This document shows positions 32,301 to 43,500 of a stretch of DNA of 64,000 nt, piece after piece (within the stretch, counting starts at the first letter, position 1; each line of letters opens with the position of its first letter). The DNA comes from Enoplolaimus lenunculus (taxonomy: Eukaryota), in contig JASANG010003810.1 of the NCBI GenBank assembly GCA_030248215.1, positions 1 to 64,000 on the forward strand, in the 5' to 3' direction. The notes under the pieces are model-generated. The model did no database searches. It was not told where the DNA came from and was given only the letters and a program-made list of their open reading frames with translations. The position numbers and the translations under genes were made by a program.

Positions 32301-33655
32301 GATGTATTCTGTTATGGTCAAAGTGTATACTGCATGTACGTGTGTATTTATAGAATGTTATCAATCGCTAATCAGTAATTATGTAACAAAATAATTGCTC
32401 TCTTGATGCACTTTTCTCTTAGACGATGCAACATAATCCGGGTAACGATTTGTCTTGCGACATATATACGCAAGTTTCAGTGTTCGTCTGCTGCTCTTGA
32501 AAAATGTTGCAATGAATTACACATTCCTTCAAACGTGGCTGCATTGGCGGTAGCGCAGTACGACGACAAACTTATCGATTTGCGTTCGGCGGCTGGAAAT
32601 GTTTGCCTGTTTCCTGACATGTACCACGATATTCAGTGGCGATTAGACGTACAGGTACTCGTTTTATCTTTGAATGAAGTATGACGTGAGAATTTGAGTT
32701 TAAAATCAAGAGCAATGACGTGTGGCACGCAGGGATTTTTAAGTACGACGCGCTGGATGCAAAAAATAAAAAGATCTTTGGGGCTAAAAATACCATTTTC
32801 TCATTTATGCATAAGATATATGGGCGACAATTCAATTTCGTTGTATATTATAACATGAATGCTTTGCTAGTCGTTTAAATGACTTAAGTGACTAGTCACT
32901 GTAGTTGATAAAAAAGATTGCAGATCACGTTCGTATTCTCAAGCGTGTGTAGTAAATTTTCGGGTAATGCACGACAAACAGGGTTGGACTTTACGCCGCC
33001 CTTCGTTACTGACATATATGCGGCATTGCAACTATCCGTTGAATTAAACGTTTATTTGTCTTGTAGCAATAGGTTGCGCAATAATGCAAGGTTATACTAA
33101 GGAAAGTACTTTCAAAACTTAAGTCTGCTCTAAAGTTTTGAAGTCAACGTTATTTGGTCCTATAGTCGTATGCACTATAATTAGGCATAATTGACATTAT
33201 GGACTCTAATTAGGGTTTGTGGACTCGTATGGTTTATGGACTATATTCGCTTACGGACTCTTATTAGGGTACGGACTCCTATTGATTGGGACTCAAAATG
33301 GAAGGAGACCCACTGGTATTCAAATCACTATAGTACTAGTTCGAGGAATTCGAGCTAGCTACATCTAGTTATGTAAAAACAAAAAATTTGCCACAACTGA
33401 ATAGAATGTTGTTTGTATTAATAAATGATTGCATTCTAGATTGCTAGTCGAGCATGCAGAAATACAACCATTCCTAAAGTGTTGCTAATACTTCATATTG
33501 GACAACAAACCGAAACTGCTACTAAAGAACGTTTTGTGCTGGAATCCGATCTCGCAACCATCAAACATTTGATTGAAGAATTTGAAACGGCGTTGAGAGA
33601 GTCGAGGTCAAGAAAATATCGGAGGTTGAACAAAAAGCGGCAGCCGAAAACTTGA
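29313..33655 (+). CDS. COMMD2: COMM domain-containing protein 2. Exons 29313-29376, 30086-30163, 31827-31909, 32481-32654, 33440-33655
   Basis: Spliced product MTDLNQQNVADIALLSKFDNEVIEKCCEAAIQF..AASKLDVSSEKLEACIRGLMCLL..YHDIQWRLDVQIASRACR..LESDLATIKHLIEEFETALRE.. resembles recalled COMMD2 (KLNVSSD..GLTYLL; YHNLEWRLDVQLASR). Exon phases are compatible. Confidence 0.9.
29508..29661. mobile_element. MITE subfamily D2 in COMMD2 intron 1; further D-type copies at ~29673-29835 and ~30280-30430
   Basis: Perfect TSD gtaatgct; GGCCAATGTTACTTTAAGGGGC...GCCCCTTAAAGTAATATGGGCC. Confidence 0.9.
31019..31647. mobile_element. Possible Helentron-associated (HINE/DINE-like) non-autonomous element
   Basis: Two ~160-bp internal tandem units (ATTCAGATTCCT.GCAC.CAA.AACC), a (GACG/GACA)n microsatellite near one end and a short TGAGCATT/AATGCTCA inverted pair. 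Classification is inference. Confidence 0.45.
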
Positions 33656-33879
33656 GTCATACGGTTGGTGTAAAATGCCTTTCAAAATCAGTTTCCGTTA
33701 TTTTAAGTATAAGTATATTCGTTTACCCTACCGGTGGTATTCGTCAGTTGGTATTAATATTTCGCACTGAATAATTTTGTTTAATAAATTTCTCCTGTTT
33801 TTACTAAATTGAAAAGGTGGTGCAAGTAAACATATCAGGAGTTCTTTTACCGACAAAAAATATCTGGTTGGTTACGCAT

Positions 33880-36373
33880 CAGGGTGCAACTGGTGGTGAA
33901 CAATACCGGAACCGGAGGTCAACGAAACTTGCCGGAGACGGAGATGAGGTGAAAATAGGTAGTAAAATGATGGTTAATTAGTTAATGTAGTCAATATCTG
34001 CAATATGTTGTCAAGTTGTTTGATTTTACGCTAATTTTCTGCAAAATTATAGAAATTCTTTCCTGAAAATTGTGACAAAACTAAAAACAAAACGCGGTCA
34101 ACAGGTAAATTTTGTAAAATTATGTAAAATTTTACTACCGAGATTGCCGGAACCTCTGGCACAAATTCTACCGGAGCTGGAGCCCGATTTTCTGCCGGAG
34201 TCAGACCTCCGGTTGTACCCTGTTACGCATATACGAACCGCCATTGTGCACTAAAAATGTTCAGTTTTAAACCGGTTGACTTATGCAGAAACTGATTTAG
34301 TGTCGAGTTGCTAAAAAAGATCGGATTATCAGAAGCGGTTTGCATAGTCAGTTTCAGTACATTCAACCCATTTAAAACTGAAAGTTTTTAATGCATAATG
34401 GCAGTTTGCATTTTTCAAGTATTATTTCTAAAGCGACATGAATGCTGTTCACTTGGAAAATTAGTGGCTTATCAGAGTACAATCGGAAGTGAAAACACCA
34501 AAACCGGAAATGACACGAAATTATTTGGTATTTCACAGTAAATTGTACTAAAACAAATAGCCAAAGCAACAAACGATGCAAGTTTTTTTGTAAAAAATTT
34601 CACTGCCAAAATTGCCAAAACCGCTAAAATTCTACCGGAGCCGGTAGTCGATTTTCTGCCGGATACGAAGGCAGACCTGGTTGCGCACCCTGTGGCCTAT
34701 GTTTCGCGAAGCGTTTGTGTTTTGTATACTCTGGGTGCCAACGGTGGATATCCAACTGTACTTTTTGGTTTGAACAATAGGGCAGGGTACAACCGGACTT
34801 CTGCTTTTGGCTCGAGTTCCGATACAAAATCGGCCTCCGGCTCCGGTAGAATTCTTGTCGGAGGTTCCGGTAATTTCTGTAATAAAATATTGGGCCCAGG
34901 TTAAGGCTTAGGAACACATTCTTGCAACGCTTTAGGCTTAGGAGTACGCTTAAATCTACTGTTACGCCCCATAAAGTAGCATTGGCCAAATATTGCATAA
35001 TTTTGCAAAATTTATCTGTTAGGACGTTTCGTTTTTACTTTTGTCACGATTTTCAGGAAAGAAGTTTAAAATAGCGTAAAACCAAACAACTTAACAACAT
35101 ATTGCTGATATTGCCTAAAATTACCTAATTAACCATCATTTTACTCCGGTATTCTTCACCGGTTGCACCCTGAATAGGGTGTTTAACCTCGCATGTAGCA
35201 ACGGTGATTGTTCAGCTGGGGCATTATCTATATAAACGCTTGCTTGCGCTATTGGCAGAGTACAACCGGAAGTGAAAAATACCGGATTGGGAGGTCAACG
35301 GAACTTGCGGCAGCCGGAGGTTAACGGGACTTGTAGAAGGAGCCGGAGGTGAGGCGACATTAAGCAGTATGATGGTTAATTAGTTTTTCACCAATATCTG
35401 CAATATGTTGTTAACAGGGTGCAACCGGAGGTGAATAATACCGCAGCCGGAGGTCATCGAAACTTGCCGGAGCCGGAGGTGAGGCGACATTAGGTAGTAA
35501 AAATGATGGTTAATTAGTTTTTACGCTAATTTTCTGCGAAATTTCGGAAATTCTTTCCTGAAAATTGTGACAAAAACGAAACGCATTAAACAAATACATT
35601 TTGCAAAATTATGCAAAATTTTACTACCGAAATTGCTGGAAACTCGGGCAAAAATTCTGCCGGAGCCCAATTTATCTGCCGGAGAGACGTTAGGGGCATC
35701 GGGGATAAGAAATTTAAATAATATTGTTTAGAAATTGAGTCCATGTTGTCGCGGAACAGCAATATACCGGGAGCGCAATCATAATATGCACTCACGTTTT
35801 ACATATGCATAGCCAAATATATATAATTTAAAACATTTGTATCAGGTACAACCGGACGTCTGCCTCCGGGTTCGGCTCTGGCAAAAAATCGGCCTCCGGT
35901 TCCGGCTCCTGTAGAATTTTCGCTGGAGGTTCCGGCAATTTCGGTTGTAAAATTTCGCAAAATTTATCTGTTTAGCGCGTTTCGTTTTATTTTTGTCACA
36001 ATTTTAAGGAATAAATTTCCGGAATTTTGCAGAAAATTAGCTTGCCTCACCTCCGCAAGTTTCGTTGACCTCCGGCTCCGGTATTTTTCACCTCAGCGTT
36101 ACAGGTCAACGAAACTTGCCGGAACCGGAGATGAGGCCTAATTAGGTAGTAAAAACGATGGTTAATTAGCTAATTTTAGCCAATATCTGCAATATGTTGT
36201 TAAGGTGTTTGGTTCTACGCTAACTTTCAGCGAAATGTTGACAAAAGTATATTAAAACGAAATGAGCTAAACGGATAAATTTTGCAAAATCATGCAAAAT
36301 TTTAGTTCCAAAATTGACAGAACCTAGAACCTCCGGCAAAAAATTCTACCGGAGCCGGACCCCGGTTACCCTG
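33880..36373. mobile_element. Cluster of hAT-like family F MITEs (33880-34222, ~34600-34692, 34783-35172, ~35256-35690, 35843-36373); a D2 element is nested at 34893-34987
   Basis: 33880-34222 has the perfect TSD ttacgcat. The nested D2 has the perfect TSD aaatattg. Confidence 0.88.
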
Positions 36374-37363
36374 ATACATATAACACTGACATTGTGGTGT
36401 AGTAGGGGCAGTTACTTTTCTCGGGGGTGGGGAGGTTGCAGCCCCCCAGTTTCCAGGGACGCTGAACAAATTAACTAGTGTGTCAGTAATGCATAGCTTA
36501 GTGTGGCCGTCCCAGTGCTCCGCTGTTTCAACTGTCCATGCCCCCCTTACCAAGTGTGCATCTGTTCTGCTTTCCCAACTGTGCCATCTGTCCCGCTACC
36601 CAAAGTGCGCCGCTGTTCCAACTGTCTGCACTATCCCAATTATATTTGTTGTGTATACTCCTGGTACTTTGCTGCCCCTTGACAATGGCGCTTTGCGTAA
36701 CATTGGCCAGCAATTGGAACACTTAAAATTATTAGTTCAACGCTCGTAATAGATGCCAAATATAGCATGAGTCAAGGTGTAACGGAATCGGATAGCAATC
36801 AAAATATCGGAAAATCATTACTGCAGTAAAGCTTCAGTTTTTTCTGTTATCAATTCAGGCATTCAAATATTCACCGAACCTTCTAAAACTTGAAAGAAAA
36901 AATAGCGGATGTACGGATTTTTTTAAGATTTTTAATAAATTTGCCAAATAGCAATGGCCAACTAAGCAGTGTAAAAAGCGAACACTATTACACTATAAAA
37001 TCTTGTTTACTTACAATCATGCAATAATTGCAGGGTGTAAACATAAAACAAAAATATCGAAAACAGACGACATCAAGTTAATATTAAGTAAAAACAAACC
37101 AACTGTATCTTGGTTGGTACCATATTCAACCATGTAGACTTATCCGTAAACTTGAACTTTGTTTATAGCAGGAACGAGTTTTTAATAAAGACCGCCTTTT
37201 TGCTTTTTAAATCAATGGGCTAATGTAAAGAACAGGGGCGGAACAGTATTATATAGCATATTCCTAAGCCTAAGCATAAGCGTAAGAATGAGCATATTCC
37301 TAAGCCTAAAAACCTAAGCCAAGCAAAAAAATTAGTCTTAAGCCTAAGCTTACTCTATTCGTG

Positions 37364-39904
37364 CACTCTAAAAATGCTGAGTCAGAACTTGTTTCAGAAA
37401 GAGAGTTAACAACACTGAGTCAAAAATTGACTCAGCAAAGAGTCAAAAATTTTGACTCGTTTATCTGAGTCAAAATACTGACTCAGTCTGAAAATCAGAA
37501 ATATGAGTCAAATAATCTGAGTCAAATTATTGTTTTCAATTTCAGACTCCCGTTTTGCAATACAAAACCTGAAAGAGTCTGACGTGCGGGCGACCATAAT
37601 ATCAAATGATACCAGTCATTAACGACTTGCACATGATATTTGTATAAAAGTAATAACCTATTGAATGAACTTTTGGAACATTAGCGCAACTACAAATATT
37701 TTCTTGCTGAGATTTATCAAAAAGAATGCTTAAAAACATATCGACAAATACTTTTCTGCATGTGCGTAGCCAGGATTATGGAGAATGCACACCAACTGTT
37801 TAATAGATCGGTCTCTTGTGTAAATTGTGTTACCTGTGTCTTGTGCAAACAAGGTTTTGTGTGTGTAGCCAGCTGTATTACCCTACAGTTATGATTAATA
37901 TTACATAACTTTTTCGATCCGTGAGAATCTGAAATCCTTTTTGTCTCCGACAAGTTTAATTACACATAGCATCTTCAACTGGAAACTATATACGTAAGCG
38001 TGCAATAACTTGCTTTTAACAAGATCTTGATATCTGCAGTTGGTGAAAGACGTGTTCATCTTATGTTACTATTTTAGGCGTTGGTCTTCAACATGTGGTT
38101 TTTATACACTAAGCCCAAGCGTAAGGCTTTCCCTTGAAGATTTTTGCAAGCCTACGTCTTAACCTTAAATGTGAGGGGAAGTGTAGGTACAAGAGCGCAA
38201 CCGTTGTGGATTGAAATTAACTTTTTAAGTAGATTATGATTTTTAGTTTCGAAATTATTCAGACTGTTGGCTTCTTTTGTCAAGCTTGAGAAATAGAGGT
38301 CGATTTAAAGTCTAGACCATAGGTTTTAAGTTTTGTCTTGGACATACACCCTACTCTAGCCTTTAGACGTTTTGCCTAGTCATAGGCTTGAAGCCTTTTC
38401 AGCATTAGCACTCGCCCTGAAACTTGAAGTAAAGCAAATATGCTTTCGAGCTTGGTTATATATGCCAAACTGGCTGAAATTCTTATCGGTTTCGTACTTT
38501 GTGTCCAACCAATTACAAAAAATACAGCATCTGTTTGCCCCTTTTTGATTGGTCTAGATAATTAGTCGTTGTTTTGTAGCCAATCAGATTGATCTTGTAT
38601 TGTATTAGTATTTTGTTGGTGTTGTATCAAAATAGCTAACGCGTTTTTCAAATTTGCGCGCCAAATCATAGTGCATTGTATTCGTTTATTGTAGTTTACT
38701 GTTCTGCACACGTTCGCTTTCTTTAGCTTGTTTATGAAAGTTTTTTTAACTCAAGATGTTGTTTTTTTTTGCAACGGCGAAGCTTCCAAAAGCCTCTCAC
38801 ATAATGATTCTATTCAAAAAATAGGTTTAAGATTACGGTTGGTCTCACATTAGGCTTAGGTTTACCCGTATGCTTTGGATTTCCCTTAGGCTTGTGCTTA
38901 GGCGTGAGTTTAGGCTTAGGCTTAAAAAACAATCAACAGTATAAACTTCATGACTATTCATACATCTCAGAGTATAAATAGGTGTAAAAAACCTGGAGAT
39001 CATCAAATTCAGGTGAACCTACCGCTAAGTTAGTACCACACCACTATTTGCACTCTTCTAAAGCTTTACATATTTAATATTTGTTTGTAACAGTCACACT
39101 GTGATATGTATATACAAACATTCTAGCACTAAAGCTTTCTGTCGTGGCTTTATTAACGGATACTGGAAATTCGTTTTGGGGGCCTGATAATAAGCGGGTG
39201 GTTTTTCAGTTATGCAGCAAAGGGCATTAGAATGCAATAACGTTCGAATGGCGCAGAGTTGGTTCTATTCGGCGTAACTACATTCTACTGTTTTTGTACT
39301 GTCTTCAAATACATTTTCTTACCTATAACTATAACTATTACTCGCTGTGTTCTCAGGGTGCGAAAACTAGATTTTATTAAGACTATCTTATAGAGCATAT
39401 ATAATAGGAATAAAAATATAGTAATTTCGTGAGTGGCTAATTATTGAAATATTCATTTATTCAGTGGTTCACTAATTAAAAAACCGCTTGACAGAAATAT
39501 TACTTATAAATTTATTAATTAATAGAGATATGTTATTAAAAGTGATTTTTTGGACTCAATTTTCGACTCAGCAAACTGAACTCAATCAGCAGTAACTCAG
39601 CATGAGTAAGTTATGTCTTGCGACATTTTAGAGTGTTAAGATCGAACGGGTTTCATTCTGAGTCATTTTTGACTCAGTTATATCCACAATTTGACTCAGG
39701 TTTGACTCAATATTTCAAATTTGACTCAGTTCTGTTTCATATTTGAATCACCATTGACTCAGTTATATTTTAATTTTGACTCAGCCTGTTTGACTCAATT
39801 TAACGAGTCACTTTGACTCACGCTGAGACAGGCTTTTTCTAACTCCACCTCTGAGTCAATTTTGACTCAGTGTGAGTCAAATTTGACTCAGCATTTTTAG
39901 AGTG
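37364..39904. mobile_element. 2,541-bp non-autonomous CACT-ended (CMC/EnSpm-like) DNA transposon
   Basis: 21-bp perfect TIR CACTCTAAAAATGCTGAGTCA, 2-bp TSD TG, and dense subterminal TGACTCA/TGAGTCA arrays at both ends. No transposase ORF seen. Confidence 0.92.
38509..38665 (-). promoter_or_regulatory. Putative DREAM-type promoter module (three CCAAT boxes plus E2F/CDE-CHR) inside the 2.5-kb element
   Basis: The minus strand reads TTTGGCGCG-CAAA-TTTGAA (38665-38647). CCAAT/ATTGG occurs at 38509, 38548 and 38580. Confidence 0.45.
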
Positions 39905-40099
39905 TGTCCAACAGAAAAACGTGCCGCCTCTGACCTTTACATGGGCCAATCAATGGAATACTATACCCACATTCGCATTAGATAAAAATGTAAAAAGCTT
40001 GATGGACTACTTAATGGCAAATTTATTACGGCAATATCGGAATCTCCAGCGGTAGCTTAACGGATACGGGTTTTAACGGAAAATGATATCCGGTTTTAC

Positions 40100-40377
40100 C
40101 AGTGTGCAACCGGAGATAAAAAATTACCGAAGCCGGTAATCAACAAAATTTGCTGGAGCCAGAAATTAGCAAGTATCTGTAAGGTATTGTCAAATGTTTG
40201 TTTTTACACATTTTTACGAAATCTCGACATTTTTTCGTCAAAATTGTAACAAAGGCTAAAACAGAACGCACAAATGTAATTTTTTTTAAAATTCTGTAAT
40301 AATTCCCCACCGAAATTGTCAGAATTTCCGGCAGAAATTCGATTTTCTGCCGGAGCCGGACTTCCGTTTGTACCCTG
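40100..40377. mobile_element. hAT-like MITE family F, degenerate
   Basis: CAGTGTGCAACCGG...TTGTACCCTG; internal similarity to 9298-9634. Confidence 0.75.
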
Positions 40378-40554
40378 TCAGTTACACCATGTTGAATTCT
40401 ACTATATCTCATGTTTCCATGAATTTTACAATCCGTCACATTTAGATATACGATTGCATCTATTTCTCATCCAATTCCAAGATTCATTGTTTATTCTAAA
40501 TTTCTGGTTACCTCCAAAACATTCCAAAACCTGTAAAGATACGAACCAGAGCGA

Positions 40555-43500
40555 TCACAACAAGTCAAATCCAAAATCGTCAAACATGACCCCTTCGTAT
40601 CCGGTAGAAGGCAACCCGTTACTTGTATGCCCAAAAAACCCTGGATCAGCCATTGCAGAATCTAACGAAAAACTCGCAGCGTGCAACCTTTGACTTTCTA
40701 GACTTGTAAATAATTGTCCACTTTTCTCAGCAGCCGTATTTTCAGCACTAATCGCACTATTTCTAATGCTAGCATCATTGTCGGCTGCATTTTGAGAGCG
40801 AAATTTGTATAAATCTGCTGCAATATCGCTAAAATCATACATATCCGAGCTATGGCTACTGGCCAGCTGAGACGTACCATGCTTTCCGTTGGCCACTGGT
40901 GTGCTTGAAATAGGCTCAAGGCCACCCTTATAGACAGACCCATCAGTAAAATTGTCATAGTTCGTCTGGCTAGTCCCAGAAGAAGCCAGATTACCTGGCA
41001 ACGGACAACTATTCGCCGCCACTACTGACGGAGGTGCAGAGGTAAATTGTCCCAAATTTTGGGTTCTCGTCTTACTGCGCTCTCTTATATTTTTAAGTCG
41101 CATCAAACTGGCAGTCAGTCTCGAACTAACCCCAAAGCCTTTCCAGTTTCCTGCTGAAGTGGCAGATACGTTCCCAAAATTCTTATCTGAACCATGGCCT
41201 GTAGTACTACCTTTCCCCTTTTCAGCTATACCAGCACCAATTTCGCTGTGCTGGTATCCAGGAAAGCTTTCGAATCTGCTTGGCGCCCCTAGTTGCCTAA
41301 TCTTCTGCCTAGACTCACTCCGCTTCGCATTCTGAGACTCGTCTCCAATACCAGAATCACTCGACCCGTGAAGACTTGTAGTAGGGGATGTCGTCCATAC
41401 CGGACCTGCAACCCCCGACGACACCGACCTCCCAGCGCTATTGGGACTTCTCCGCACTACAAAATTTCGTGGTCCTCCACAAAATAGTCGTCGCTTACTC
41501 ATCATTTGATCAAAAAGTTCTTGAACTCGTTCCGGATTTCGAATGTAAAGCTTGTCAAATTCACCTCCAAATAAATCTTGATCATCAGCTTCAGGCGTTT
41601 TCTTTTTCTTTTGTTGGTTCGAAGCATTGCCTAGGTCGTTGCTCTTACCTTTGCCTCTGGCCCTACTTCTTCTAGCGTTGCTGTTCATATTCGGCAAAAC
41701 ACCAACTGAACACTGTTCGGCTGAGGTATCGACATATTGTGTTTCAGAAATATTTTGAGCTGAAAACATAAAATGACTCATACAGTCACACAATATTGCT
41801 ATCTTTGGGATTGCGGAAGCAGGTATATATTTATACTTCATTCAAGCTGATTGCGACATAATAACATACTCTAAAATATTTTCATGCTTCTGCTTAAAGT
41901 TTTATCTAAACTTCTACGTCAATTCTGCTACCAAAGCATAAAACTAGACATCAACTGAAAAATGAGACACAAACTCCTTCAAAAAGCACATAACAGTAAA
42001 AATATAGCAACCGCTAGAGTTCTGATAGAACGAGTGTTGGTTTTCTCCTGACAAATTGAACCGACCAAAAAAACGGGTTTTCCCGAAAAAAAATAATGTT
42101 GTCCTTCAACAAACGCAAAAACGTTTATGATAAATCTGGTGCCAAAGTAATACTAAAAGTATGCAACCAACCGTATACAAATTTTCGACTACCCACAGCG
42201 TAGAATTAACGTTCCTGCGTGCAAAACGTCTAATTTAAAATTGTTACGGGTGTGGACTTAAAGACCAATCCCTCCTGGAATTACAACTCTAATACCATAT
42301 TTATAATAGACAGTTGTCATACCAACCTGTAGGCTTGTCTTCACTGCTTATTTCAATCGCTAATTGCGTATCCATTCGTTTCTGTGCTCTTTCATTTGAA
42401 TTTGCAGTTGCAGCAACTTCTTTTGAACTTTCCACTGCACCGTCAGGACGCTGCGTGATAATAATCCCAGGGATATTATATTGATTCAATATTGATACAA
42501 TATTTGCAATAACGTCTTTAGTTGTTGTCCCTGACGTTTCTGTTATAGTACAGTTCAATCGATGAGCACCTGAGCCATTTTCGCAATAACCCGTGTCTTT
42601 GAGAATATTGCTGTCGATAGGATTCGAACTTCCGGTTTCCGTTATTTCCCCAACGTTAGCTGTTTTCTGTAAGCTTTTACTGCAACAAGGATCAGGTTCT
42701 TTGCTCACTGTTTGTGGAACTTTACAATCAAAACGTGATTCCGGAGGAGATTTTGTTTCGCCTAGTCCCTTACTCACAGAAACAGTTGCGGCGACAGTGT
42801 CGCTCATCCTGCTCTTTTTAGGGCTTAAAGGGCCTTTGCTGACGGATGTGGACGGCACTCCCTGCCACCCCGCTACATTTCCAGAACTACCCGACACACC
42901 TATTAATGAACTACCTAAATGATATTCGTATTGTTGGGGTTGAGATAACCGTGAACTTGTTGATGCTTTCAAACGCTCTTCATGAAGTGATAACGAAATT
43001 TCTGTTACAAGTCTACTTACTACTGGATCACGCATACTTTTCAAGTATCTTGCAATATCAGTCCGACTCAAATCTGGTAGGGCTGAAATTTGATACAAAT
43101 GATTACGATCTTCTCCGTTCCCATTCCTACTATTACATCTACTGGCATCATCCTGAGCCAGGTACTCACCGGTACCATTGTTTAACTCCAATTCTGAACT
43201 AGCATAAACCGTTTCGACATTGTTAGACTTAGGTACCTGGCTACCTACCGCTAAACACTGTCCAACTGTACTAGTACTAGGTTCAAAAGCTATAATTTCA
43301 GTTTCTTCAAATCCCTCAAATTCCATTTCATCATTGCTTGTAGCTCCACCAATATTATGTGACGTTCTTTCACCGGTTGTTTCTTTCGATATCGTAAGTC
43401 TTACAACATCAGCACTGAGGGAGCGCCCAACAAGGCAGTTTGGTTCTTCCTTTACAACATTACCGTGGCTTGCATCATCAACAAAATCCCACCTAGCACG

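Larger units (their letters stand above)
37218..39947. mobile_element. MITE family D split by a 2.5-kb CACT element
   Basis: Perfect TSD aatcaatg (37210-37217 / 39948-39955). The halves 37218-37363 and 39905-39947 rejoin into a normal D copy. Confidence 0.92.

Noticed and set aside
36400..36750. GC-richer patch with overlapping short ORFs
   Set aside because: No recognisable domain or splice structure; probably a decayed repeat.
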